Source of the DNA: an uncultured Candidatus Saccharibacteria bacterium
Lineage (GTDB): Bacteria; Patescibacteriota; Minisyncoccia; Phycocordibacterales; UBA2100
Direction of reading: 5' to 3'
DNA length: 64,000 bases
Assembly (NCBI GenBank): GCA_964654205.1
Contig: CAZZHR010000002.1
Coordinates: 65,800 to 129,799 of the forward strand
The notes under the pieces are model-generated. The model was given only the letters and a program-made list of their open reading frames with translations. It searched no databases and was not told where the DNA came from. This document shows, one piece after another, positions 56,355 to 64,000 of the stretch. Position numbers and translations under genes: made by a program. Positions within the stretch are counted from its first letter, which is position 1. Each line of letters opens with the position of its first letter.

Positions 56355-57238
56355 GCCTTCTGTGCCTTTAGTGAATCTATATACTGTTTTACCGTCATCT
56401 GCGGCTTCCAGCCGAATTCCTTTTCCACTCGTGTCGTATCGACGATCGAGTCCATGCGGTTCCCCTTCCGCTCCGGCAGCATGACGATGTTGTCAGTAAA
56501 CATCTTCGCGATATCGAGCACCGTGTGCGATTCAGGACTTCCGAGACCGTACTCATCGCCCTGCCCTTTCTCCCCCACATCGACGAGGCCGCGCGCGATG
56601 TCGCCGGCAAAGGTAAAGTTGCGCTTCTGCGTACCAGGTGAGACCACGGTGATGGGCTCGCCTTTCCAGTACTGCGTCTTGAAACGTCCGATGACGCTCG
56701 CATACGGGCCTTCCGCGAGCTCTTGTTTTCCGTACGCATTGTAGAAATACGTGATGGCGTACGGCATGCTGAACCATGTGCCGTAGTTGCGCACGAGTTC
56801 GGTATTGCTCGCCTTCATCCACGCGTAGGGCGATTGGTCGCGCCCCATGCCGCCATCTGAGAACTTGGTCGACGAACCGGCATACACGATTTTGCACTTC
56901 TGGCCAGATAGATTGCGCTTGCGCCAATACTCGAAGACGCGGAACGTGCCGTGGACGTTGCTCTCCCACACGAGCGGCAAGTCGTCGAAGCTTTGTTCGA
57001 CGCGCGAGTACTCGCCGAGATGGAAAATGATAGCGGGGTTTTCTTTGCCGAGAAGCTGTTCGATGTCTTTCGTATGTCCCTCTACGTACTCCGCTCCCGC
57101 GAAATGATTGTCCTTGCTGCCGATGAAGTAATTGTCGAGCGATACCACCCGATACCCCTTTTCGAGGAGCATCTCGATAAGGTGTGAACCAATCAGACCG
57201 GCGCCACCTGTCACAATGACCGTTTTTTTCTCACTCAT
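56351..57238 (-). CDS. UDP-glucuronate decarboxylase-like SDR (UXS/ArnA-C-like)
   Basis: 'VIVTGGAGLIGSHLIEML...VVSLDNYFIGSKDNH' closely matches the UXS signature 'VDNFFTGRKRN'. 295 aa. Confidence 0.65.
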   Translation of the reverse strand: MSEKKTVIVTGGAGLIGSHLIEMLLEKGYRVVSLDNYFIGSKDNHFAGAEYVEGHTKDIEQLLGKENPAIIFHLGEYSRVEQSFDDLPLVWESNVHGTFRVFEYWRKRNLSGQKCKIVYAGSSTKFSDGGMGRDQSPYAWMKASNTELVRNYGTWFSMPYAITYFYNAYGKQELAEGPYASVIGRFKTQYWKGEPITVVSPGTQKRNFTFAGDIARGLVDVGEKGQGDEYGLGSPESHTVLDIAKMFTDNIVMLPERKGNRMDSIVDTTRVEKEFGWKPQMTVKQYIDSLKAQKA

Positions 57239-57275
57239 GTGTTGAAGCGTACAGTGTGTCGTTACAAAAGCAAAG

Positions 57276-57302
57276 TCGCCGTTTTCTCAAACGGCGACTT
57301 GT
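57276..57302 (-). terminator. Hairpin aagtcgccgtt-ttctcaa-aacggcgactt with UUUUG on minus strand
   Basis: 11-bp stem. Downstream of the 57371 gene and upstream of the UXS start. Confidence 0.45.
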
Positions 57303-57370
57303 AACATGTGTCGTTCACTGGCCGCGGAGCTTGCGAATCTCGTCGGAAGTAAGCCCGAGGTCGCTCGGCG

Positions 57371-57868
57371 TCACCACGCCGCTCGCGAGCACATCGTTGC
57401 GTAGGTGGTCGAGCGCATGATCGGGCTCGGCCCAGACTCGCTCGCGGTGATGCGAACGAACTCCATAGCATGCGCAATCACCGCTGCGCGAAAATACGCG
57501 TCCACGACCTGCTTGGGCATGCCGATGTCAGCGTAGCTCAGGCCTTTCCGCAGTAGATCGTCGAGTTCGCGCCGCCCATGATGCGGATATTCGCCCGGAA
57601 GGGTCTGCCACCGATAGATGCAGTAGCGTACGCTGAAGATGTTCGCGCGCTTGCGAGCGCTCTTCAGCATCGTCTGCGTCACCCTGGTGCCGTCACCGAG
57701 GGTTACGACATGACCGTCCTCGATGAGCCGCGAGAAATCTTCGATGAAGTCGGGCATCTTCAGTGTAAACCAGTTCGACCTCTCCGTTGGCCAGAACCCT
57801 TCGCCGGTCGAAAGGAGCTCTTCGAGCTCTTTCGTGTTGTGTCGTGGTCGCAGTTTGGTGACGCTCAT
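57371..57868 (-). CDS. Hypothetical protein (165 aa)
   Basis: Only ORF filling this gap on the gene-bearing strand. No motifs recognised. Confidence 0.35.
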   Translation of the reverse strand: MSVTKLRPRHNTKELEELLSTGEGFWPTERSNWFTLKMPDFIEDFSRLIEDGHVVTLGDGTRVTQTMLKSARKRANIFSVRYCIYRWQTLPGEYPHHGRRELDDLLRKGLSYADIGMPKQVVDAYFRAAVIAHAMEFVRITASESGPSPIMRSTTYATMCSRAAW

Positions 57869-57927
57869 CTGCGCCTCCCGGTTGCCAATACTCCTACCAT
57901 TATACCACGAATGCCAGACTCAAGCAA

Positions 57928-59136
57928 CTACACCGTATCCTCAACGATGCCCCACTCGCCCTGCCGCTTCCGGCGCACCGCCATCACAGCGCCACCAGTG
58001 AGGAGCGCGAGTGCGACGGGAGCAAACCACCACATGCTCATGCCGAACGATGCGCTTGCGGCAGCGACGGTAGGACGCACCACATCCGTGGCCGATTCTG
58101 GTACCACCTCCACCGCTTCAGTTTCCTCGTCGGGGGCAGCGGGAGAGAGTTGCACGGACGCGCGAGATGCGGGCTTAGGCGCTACACTCGACTGCACCGC
58201 TTGGAATTCGCTCGGCGAGGGCGCTGACGCTGGCGCACTCTGTGTGGGCGCATCACCCGCTTTCATCGCGAGTACGCCGTTGGGGTACGCGAGCTCCGCC
58301 TCCGCTCCTGCAAAAAAGCCGAGTGTTTTCGGAGATACCCGCATCGACGAGCCGGCAAGAATGAAGGAGTTGTCGGGCAGAAGAAATTCGCGCATGAATG
58401 CGCGAATAATCCATGAGGATAGGTCGAGATCTCGATCTGCATGGTTCTCGATTATCACGCTTCCGTCGGACTCAGCGCGAAACGCCAGCCGCGCTGGTTC
58501 TGCTGTGACGACGATACGGTCGCTTGCGGACTCAATGTCCTTAGCAACGGAGAGCACGACGACGTATTTCCCAGGGTACTCATAGTGGTGCGTCACGGTC
58601 GCACCTTCTGCCGTACCCCCATCGCCGAAGTTCCAGTTGAACCGCACATTGTCGAGGGGCTCCTTCTTCTTATTGTAGGCGCGTGCGCGATACGTCGTGT
58701 GCGCACCGACGATGACGACTCTGTCCTCGCCCGCGTCGACGAAGACTGAGGGGTCTGGCGGCGCTACGTATGACGAGACGGGTGCAATCTGCTGTGTCGT
58801 CGCTGTGGTCTGGGTATTCGTCGACTGAGTAGTGGTCGTGCTGGTGTCGGTTCCCGATGTTGTCTGTGCTTGTGATGATCCTCCTGGAGCTTCGCCGACG
58901 GTGATGAGATGTTTAAAATTGTCGAAAGTCGACGGTCCGATGCCATTGACATTGATGATGTCCTCAATTGTCGCGAAGGGGCCGTTCGTCGTCCTGTAAT
59001 CGATTATTCTCTGGGCCAAGGTAGGCCCAATGCCCGGGAGAGTATCGAGCGTTGCGAGGTCCGCCGTGTTGATATTGATGAGCGCATGCGCCGGGAGCGG
59101 CGCAAGAAGCAATATGAGTGCGACAAGCCATCGCAT
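57928..59136 (-). CDS. ComEA-like helix-hairpin-helix DNA-binding protein with PKD domain and C-terminal TM anchor
   Basis: Signal peptide 'MRWLVALILLLAPLPAHA', then 'ININTADLATLDTLPGIGPTLAQRIIDYR...FATIEDIINVNGIGPSTF' (ComEA HhH). PKD-like 'RFNWNFGDGGTAEGATVTHHYEYPGKYVVVLSV'. C-terminal TM 'WWFAPVALALLTGGAVMAV'. Confidence 0.65.
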   Translation of the reverse strand: MRWLVALILLLAPLPAHALININTADLATLDTLPGIGPTLAQRIIDYRTTNGPFATIEDIINVNGIGPSTFDNFKHLITVGEAPGGSSQAQTTSGTDTSTTTTQSTNTQTTATTQQIAPVSSYVAPPDPSVFVDAGEDRVVIVGAHTTYRARAYNKKKEPLDNVRFNWNFGDGGTAEGATVTHHYEYPGKYVVVLSVAKDIESASDRIVVTAEPARLAFRAESDGSVIIENHADRDLDLSSWIIRAFMREFLLPDNSFILAGSSMRVSPKTLGFFAGAEAELAYPNGVLAMKAGDAPTQSAPASAPSPSEFQAVQSSVAPKPASRASVQLSPAAPDEETEAVEVVPESATDVVRPTVAAASASFGMSMWWFAPVALALLTGGAVMAVRRKRQGEWGIVEDTV

Positions 59137-59198
59137 GCACGGTATTATGCGACACGAATCAATGAGAGAGTGTTTGACTATTGAATCGCTGTGGATTC

Positions 59199-61079
59199 TC
59201 AGTTAACACCCTTGTCCTTTGTATCGCCGCCGTTGACGACGCGCTGGAGCACTTGGTTGGATACTTCAGGATTCGCTTGTGACCGCTCCCCGGCGTGATT
59301 CTGTTGCATCTCTGTAGGCTTTTGATGCGGCGTCGCATGGCGAGGACCGCCCTGAGACTTATCAAAGCGTTGCTCACCCCGGCCATGATTGTGGTGCGGC
59401 TGGTGGTCGCGCGACTGCTGTTTATGCGCCTGCTTATCGCGCAATAGCTCGAGCGGCGAGCGAGCGGGTGCTTGAGCTGATGAAATACCCTCGGCACGTG
59501 CCTTTTCTATCGCGTCGCGAAGAGAGTTCCGTCCCGCCTCGGCGCGAGGTTGGGTTGTCACCTGCTCGCGCCGCGGCTCCACCCTGGCAATGGTCGGCTG
59601 CAGTACGGGCGCAGGCGCAGGTGACGGGCGCGACTCGCGCAATCTCTCTGCCGGAGAGATGCTCGGGGGAGGTGTAAAGCCACCATTCGGCCGATAGTCG
59701 CGCCGTTCTTTTTTTTCTTTTGGCGGCGGGATGAACTCTTCTTGCTTAGATTTTATGAGCTCCTCTATCTTCGCCCTTGGTACGCCGAAGGCGTGTCGCG
59801 ACGACATGATGACATCGTCGCGGTATGTGATGTTGGGCGGCTCAATAGGCGGTATGGTCTCTGCCGAAAAGGGCGGCGAACCCACACCATCTATCATGAG
59901 CGTGAGGTAAATCTGCCCGAGGCCGAGATTCACGAGGTCCTCCGGTTCGAACGTGGGCTGGAAGACAGTCTCGAGAACTTCCGCGTCGAATGGACCCACC
60001 CGGAAGACAATGAGCGTGCCGACGTTGCCGAAGACCGCGTCGCGGACTTCCTCTTCCATCTGCTCGATGTACTGGTTGGCCAGCGTGAGCGCGAGCTTGT
60101 ACTTGCGGGATTCTGAGAGAATATCGGCGAATGCCTCGTTCATCATCGACTGGAATTCGTCGACATAAAAGTAGAAGCGAGGCAGTTTCGCAAGACGCAT
60201 CGGCGGTTCGTCTGCACGCGACATCGCAGCAAGGTAAATCTTGACGGTGAGCGCCGAGCCGAGGAGAGAGGCGTTCGTCTCGCCCATGCGTCCTTTTGAG
60301 AGATTGACGATGAAGATTTTCTTCTCATCCATCACTTTGCGCAAATCGAAGGAAGATTTTGCCTGGCCTACAATGTTGCGAATGAGAGGGTTTGAGACGA
60401 ATTGGCCGATTTTGTTCTGGATTGCCGGCAGAGCTTCGCGTGTGTATGTGTCGGTAAAATTCGCAAATTCCTCCACCCAGAACGCTTTGACGATAGGGTC
60501 TGAAACCTTTTCAAGCACCGCATTGCGATACGTTTTGTTGATGAGCATGCGGTTCACGTCGAGCAGCGTCGAGCCTGGATACTCGAGGAGTGCGAGCAGA
60601 GTGTTTTGCAAGATATACTCCATGCGGGCGCTCCACGCGTCCACCCAGATGCGTTTGAGTGCCCCCATGAGACCGGAGACGACGAGGTGCCGCTTGTCAT
60701 ACCCCACGTCCTCCATCACGTTGAATCCAAGGGGGTATTCGGTATCAAACGGCGCGAAGTAGATGACATCACTGATACGCTCCTGCGGGATGAAATCGAG
60801 GAGCTTTTCGGCGGTCGAGCCGTGGGGGTCGATAAAGGCGATGCCTTCCCCATTTTGAATATCCTGAATCGCCATGTTCTCGAGCATGGTCGATTTGCCC
60901 ATGCCGGTCTTGCCGATAACATAGATATGCTTTCCGCGGTCTATCGCGCGGATACCGAACATTTCCCTCTTTCCCCGCGTGTGCGTCGATGCGAAGTAGG
61001 TGATTCGCCTATCGTCGTCGAACTGGTCAGGGTGGGGCTTGTGCTCGCCTGAAGCGTGACTGTCGTGGTGCTCAGACAT
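59199..61079 (-). CDS. VirD4/TraD/TraG-family (type IV coupling protein-like) P-loop ATPase with long disordered C-terminal tail
   Basis: Walker A 'IGKTGMGKST', Walker B 'FYVDEF', and 'LTLANQYIEQM...GNVGTLIVFRVGPFDAEVL' resembling the TraG-D_C Q-motif region. C-terminal about 200 aa is P/Q/R/H-rich. Confidence 0.55.
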   Translation of the reverse strand: MSEHHDSHASGEHKPHPDQFDDDRRITYFASTHTRGKREMFGIRAIDRGKHIYVIGKTGMGKSTMLENMAIQDIQNGEGIAFIDPHGSTAEKLLDFIPQERISDVIYFAPFDTEYPLGFNVMEDVGYDKRHLVVSGLMGALKRIWVDAWSARMEYILQNTLLALLEYPGSTLLDVNRMLINKTYRNAVLEKVSDPIVKAFWVEEFANFTDTYTREALPAIQNKIGQFVSNPLIRNIVGQAKSSFDLRKVMDEKKIFIVNLSKGRMGETNASLLGSALTVKIYLAAMSRADEPPMRLAKLPRFYFYVDEFQSMMNEAFADILSESRKYKLALTLANQYIEQMEEEVRDAVFGNVGTLIVFRVGPFDAEVLETVFQPTFEPEDLVNLGLGQIYLTLMIDGVGSPPFSAETIPPIEPPNITYRDDVIMSSRHAFGVPRAKIEELIKSKQEEFIPPPKEKKERRDYRPNGGFTPPPSISPAERLRESRPSPAPAPVLQPTIARVEPRREQVTTQPRAEAGRNSLRDAIEKARAEGISSAQAPARSPLELLRDKQAHKQQSRDHQPHHNHGRGEQRFDKSQGGPRHATPHQKPTEMQQNHAGERSQANPEVSNQVLQRVVNGGDTKDKGVN

Positions 61080-61087
61080 ACGGGAAG

Positions 61088-61194
61088 TATACCCCGTGAG
61101 ATAGGCGCTCCTCCGGTCTTTAATGCAAATTGGAGCAAAGCAGGATCGACCATGTTTCTAGGCTCACCCCGCACGCATATCTCACGGGGTATAC
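61088..61194. repeat. 17-bp perfect inverted repeats (gtataccccgtgagata ... tatctcacggggtatac) separated by 73 bp, plus adjacent hairpin 61196..61222
   Basis: Verified by reverse complement. Lies in the 5' leader/promoter region of the ATPase gene. Confidence 0.7.
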
Positions 61195-61220
61195 CAAGAA
61201 GCGTCCCTCAGGGACGCTTC

Positions 61221-62489
61221 TTATTGCGCCGAGAGCGCCTGTTTCAAGCTGCTGTATCGATTCGCGGGATCCCAGAAGTACCACGAGGTGAGCCCTGCGT
61301 CGTACGTTGCGCGTGTCTGGTCGAGGATGTCTTGCGCGGTATACGTCTTGCCGTAATTAAAATCCTGCAGCCACGGGCGCAGCATCTTGGGGTCATACAC
61401 CGGTTTCTCGTACACTGCCGGCGTCGACGTGCCGATACGCGTAAAGGCGAGCGACGGGACGGTCGTCGTGGGCGCTTTGAGTCGCCGCACCGCTTCGGCC
61501 ATGGATTGGTACACGACTTTGTACGGGTCACTGTTCGGGTCACTCAGTCCTGCAAAGCCCTTGTTGTAGTGCGATGGGTACACCATGGGCGCGATGTAGT
61601 CGAAATATGGAAGCGCGCGCTCGAGCTGTTGGCCGATACCGAGGTCGTCGGTGAGCACGGTCGTGTAGCCAAAGAGGTCTGCGCTCATGACCGGCACGTG
61701 GCCGCCGTGGTGCGCCGTATCAAATCCCTTTACTTGCTTGTGGAGATACGAGAAGAATTTCTCCAGCTCGCCTGCCCGGTCTGTCGAGGGATAGACGATG
61801 TCGCTCATGACGCCGTCGGATGGCCAACGGACGTAATCGTAATTCAGTTCGTCGAAGCCGAGCTCGTAGCTCTCTCGGCTAAGCTCCACAATGTAGTCCC
61901 AGTGCGGCTCCGAATTGACCGCGATAAATGAGAGGCCCTTGTGGTCTTTCCATGGCTCACCGGGCCGCGCCTTCGACTGCACCGCTCGCTCAGGATGCAC
62001 CTTCGACATGAAGGGGTCTTGGAACACCGTGATGCGTCCTATCACGTAGATTCCTTTTTCATGGAGCGTCGCGATGAACTCGCGCATATCGCCCGCTCCG
62101 CACTTGGCGGCATCCCACGCTGGTTTCAATTCCTCACTCTCGGGCTTGAACGCGATGGTACCTGAGTAATCTTTTATATCGATAACGACCGCGTTGAGCT
62201 TCGTCGAGTCCAAGAGTTCTACAAGGGTGTTGCGGAGCGAGGGCGTCCCCACGGCGCACTGCGTCATGTATATCGCGTACATGGGCTCCGGCGCGGCCAC
62301 GTGACTTACGCGCGCCTTCGGAGCCTCGGGAATCACCACCTTCGGCGTACTGGTCGCACCAGCGCGGATAAATTCTGCCGACGGATTAGAGAGAGAAATG
62401 AACACGCCCGCCGCAACGACGGCGGGTGCCGCGATGCCGAGGAAAACGACGCCTATCCTCGACGCGCTCGTTCGTTTAGAGCTGGACAT
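61221..62489 (-). CDS. Putative TIM-barrel glycoside hydrolase (GH114/DUF4015-like) with N-terminal TM anchor
   Basis: TM 'IGVVFLGIAAPAVVAAGVFI', then 'LNAVVIDIKDYSGTIAF...GIYVIGRITVFQD...DELNYDYVRWPSD'. Start chosen at 'MSSSKRT' (the ORF-track start at 62543 overlaps the next gene). Confidence 0.45.
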   Translation of the reverse strand: MSSSKRTSASRIGVVFLGIAAPAVVAAGVFISLSNPSAEFIRAGATSTPKVVIPEAPKARVSHVAAPEPMYAIYMTQCAVGTPSLRNTLVELLDSTKLNAVVIDIKDYSGTIAFKPESEELKPAWDAAKCGAGDMREFIATLHEKGIYVIGRITVFQDPFMSKVHPERAVQSKARPGEPWKDHKGLSFIAVNSEPHWDYIVELSRESYELGFDELNYDYVRWPSDGVMSDIVYPSTDRAGELEKFFSYLHKQVKGFDTAHHGGHVPVMSADLFGYTTVLTDDLGIGQQLERALPYFDYIAPMVYPSHYNKGFAGLSDPNSDPYKVVYQSMAEAVRRLKAPTTTVPSLAFTRIGTSTPAVYEKPVYDPKMLRPWLQDFNYGKTYTAQDILDQTRATYDAGLTSWYFWDPANRYSSLKQALSAQ

Positions 62490-62724
62490 GCTCGTGACGC
62501 GGTTGCGAGACGTTCTCGGTTTCTGGTCGGCGCGGATTCTCAATGTGGCCGTACCTCCTGCGCACTACGATGCCGAGCGCGATGACGAAAACGCCAACAG
62601 CAAAGAAAATCCACGTGTCCCAGGTGTTGGGAAAGCCCAAAAAAGGAAGTGCTGCGACGAGGACGCCGGAGAGCATGATGAGCGCATCGAGTGTCATGTG
62701 GCCTAGTATATAGCCACGCGGCAT
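62476..62724 (-). CDS. Small hypothetical membrane protein (2 TM)
   Basis: 82 aa, 'LIMLSGVLVAALPFLGF' and 'IFFAVGVFVIALGIVV'. Confidence 0.35.
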   Translation of the reverse strand: MPRGYILGHMTLDALIMLSGVLVAALPFLGFPNTWDTWIFFAVGVFVIALGIVVRRRYGHIENPRRPETENVSQPRHEHVQL

Positions 62725-62771
62725 ACGCTCCTAGTGCACAAACATCTTTATAGTCCTGTGTACCCCTCCCT

Positions 62772-62816
62772 CCCATGAGTGACCTCGTAGGTCACTCATG
62801 GGAGGTCACTCATGGG
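62772..62816. repeat. Triple 13-bp element: cccatgagtgacc / ggtcactcatggg (inverted) / ggtcactcatggg (direct)
   Basis: Read directly. An inverted repeat with a 5-nt spacer is followed 1 nt later by a second direct copy. Confidence 0.7.
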
Positions 62817-62823
62817 TGCGCTT

Positions 62824-63549
62824 TTATGCCGAGGACTGCGGCTCGATGATGACGACAAATTCTCCCCGCTCGGCCTTGCGCTTCTTCAGGTCTGCGGCGA
62901 GTTCTTTCGGCGTACCAGAGAGCATTTCTTCATGGAGTTTCGTGAGCTCGCGACCGATGTGCACTTTGCGAACTTTTACCACCTCAAGCTCCGAGAGGAG
63001 CTTCTGAATGCGGTGAGGCGACTCGAAAAGTACGACCGGGATGCCGCCCTGTGGTGAGCCTGGTCGAACCATCGCGGCGACTCTTTTTACAAATGTCTGA
63101 CGTCCTTTTTTGTGCGGCGCGAATCCAAGGAATGCGAACTCCGGCGACGCAAGCCCTGCAATCGAGAGCGCCGCGGTGAGCGAGCTTGGCCCTGGGATTG
63201 CGTCGACGAGTCCGCCGCCCTCGCGCACAAGTGCGACGAGGCGCGCGCCGGGGTCGGATATGCCCGGCGTCCCCGCGTCCGACACGTAGACCACATGCTC
63301 ACCGCTGAGCACGCGCTCGAGCACTTCTTTCGACTTCTTGCCCTCCATCGCCGCATCGAGTCGCTGGAGCGATTTTCTGATGCCATAGTGTGCGAGCAAC
63401 TTCGACACGACACGCGTGTCTTCTGCGTAGATAACACTGCACTCTTTCAAGTTCCACAGCGCCCGGAATGTGATATCGCCCATGTTGCCGATGGGCGTGG
63501 CGACGATAGAGAGTTTCCCCTGCTCGGTCTCCCTTGAGACTTCGTTCAT
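62824..63549 (-). CDS. rsmI: 16S rRNA (cytidine1402-2'-O)-methyltransferase
   Basis: Tetrapyrrole-methylase fold, 'LSIVATPIGNMGDITFRAL', 'YAEDTR', 'SDAGTPGISDPG'. Confidence 0.85.
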   Translation of the reverse strand: MNEVSRETEQGKLSIVATPIGNMGDITFRALWNLKECSVIYAEDTRVVSKLLAHYGIRKSLQRLDAAMEGKKSKEVLERVLSGEHVVYVSDAGTPGISDPGARLVALVREGGGLVDAIPGPSSLTAALSIAGLASPEFAFLGFAPHKKGRQTFVKRVAAMVRPGSPQGGIPVVLFESPHRIQKLLSELEVVKVRKVHIGRELTKLHEEMLSGTPKELAADLKKRKAERGEFVVIIEPQSSA

Positions 63550-63571
63550 ACGCAGACCCTACCACTGATAC

Positions 63572-63612
63572 AAAAAAGAGAGAAGCCGCGGCGCTTTCGC
63601 GCCGCGGCTTCG
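63572..63612 (-). terminator. Strong intrinsic terminator (gaagccgcggcgc-gaaa-gcgccgcggcttc + UCUCUUUUUUG)
   Basis: 13-bp perfect GC-rich stem with a 4-nt loop. The minus-strand U-tract corresponds to plus 63572..63582. Confidence 0.7.
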
Positions 63613-63629
63613 AGACGATGCCGTGATTG

Positions 63630-63869
63630 TTACTTTTTGCCCGGCGTTCCGAGCAGAAGCTCACCGTACTCGACGAGCTTGCGCCGATTTCGCGGCGTCA
63701 GGCCGTCATAGATGACCTGGACTCTCGACGGGGCGTGGTTCTCATGGCACTGCTTGAGCTGCCGCTTCGCGAGCCCAAGTGCGCTTTCAAGCGCGTAGAC
63801 CGCTTTTGAGGCGGAGCGGTCGAGCCCACGGAACCGGTGGGTCACCCTGCGGGTGATTTTTTTCCTTGG
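63630..63869 (-). CDS. Small basic hypothetical protein (about 80 aa, 'MPRKKITRRVTHRF...')
   Basis: The ORF is followed by a strong terminator, so it is probably real. No family recognised; possibly nucleic-acid binding. Confidence 0.35.
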   Translation of the reverse strand, partial: PRKKITRRVTHRFRGLDRSASKAVYALESALGLAKRQLKQCHENHAPSRVQVIYDGLTPRNRRKLVEYGELLLGTPGKK

Positions 63870-64000
63870 CATTTCAACGTTCTCCTCGCTTCCAGCCCCT
63901 ATGGCCGGTATGTTTGTATTATAGCACACCTTGCGGATAATGCAAGTTCGCCCTATTCCTTGCCTTCGTTCTTAGAAATATGCGCAACGAGCGGTGGAAT

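Noticed and set aside
57578-58585. 335-aa plus-strand ORF
   Set aside because: It is antisense to the ComEA-like gene and the 57371 gene, and is low-complexity.
1-64000. CRISPR arrays, tRNA, rRNA or tmRNA/RNase P genes
   Set aside because: I scanned the intergenic regions by eye. There are no regularly spaced 25-40-bp repeats with unique spacers, no tRNA-like cloverleaf candidates with CCA or T-loop 'GTTCRANYC' in the unassigned gaps, and no 23S sequence accompanying the four-helix-bundle gene. Computational tRNAscan/Infernal runs would be definitive.

Overview
This is a high-GC, gene-dense bacterial window. Its content looks like a reduced-genome, Patescibacteria/CPR-like organism: split transketolase, a 23S-IVS-type four-helix-bundle gene, giant surface proteins, a pilin and a ComEA homologue. 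That placement is an inference from gene content, not a database result.

Layout, from start to end:
- PfkB kinase and a SleB-like cell-wall hydrolase (plus strand), then a convergent intergenic region with a 34-bp perfect palindrome.
- A minus-strand sugar-phosphate operon: GAPDH, RpiB, a small membrane protein, a type IV pilin, Rpe, and transketolase split into N- and C-terminal genes.
- Two secreted hypothetical proteins, then a four-helix-bundle (23S IVS-type) gene flanked by ~30-bp direct repeats, then signal peptidase I.
- A 1375-aa secreted LamG/SPRY/tandem-repeat protein.
- An IS200-like HUH transposase with REP-like palindromes.
- A ~2146-aa tail-fibre-like surface protein with an N-terminal HTH_17-like domain, followed by a smaller paralogue with two HTH_17-like domains and a C-terminal TM helix.
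- gatB and secA. Upstream of secA sit a polylysine micro-ORF with a strong terminator, a 490-bp AT-rich non-coding region, and a PaaX-like wHTH + Cas2-like gene flanked by 18-bp direct repeats.
- A ~29-kb glycan biosynthesis locus with an Arn-like (UGDH, decarboxylase, aminotransferase, formyltransferase, GT2, SMR, GT-C) lipid-linked amino-pentose flavour. It also carries seven GT4 genes plus a UGDH–GT4 fusion, a Wzx flippase, an O-antigen-ligase/TPR protein, two SAM methyltransferases and a B12-radical-SAM enzyme.
- A ComEA-like HhH–PKD protein next to a VirD4/TraD-like ATPase, a putative TIM-barrel glycoside hydrolase, rsmI and a small basic protein.

I found no rRNA, tRNA or CRISPR array by eye. 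Most long ORFs antisense to these genes are GC-driven artefacts.
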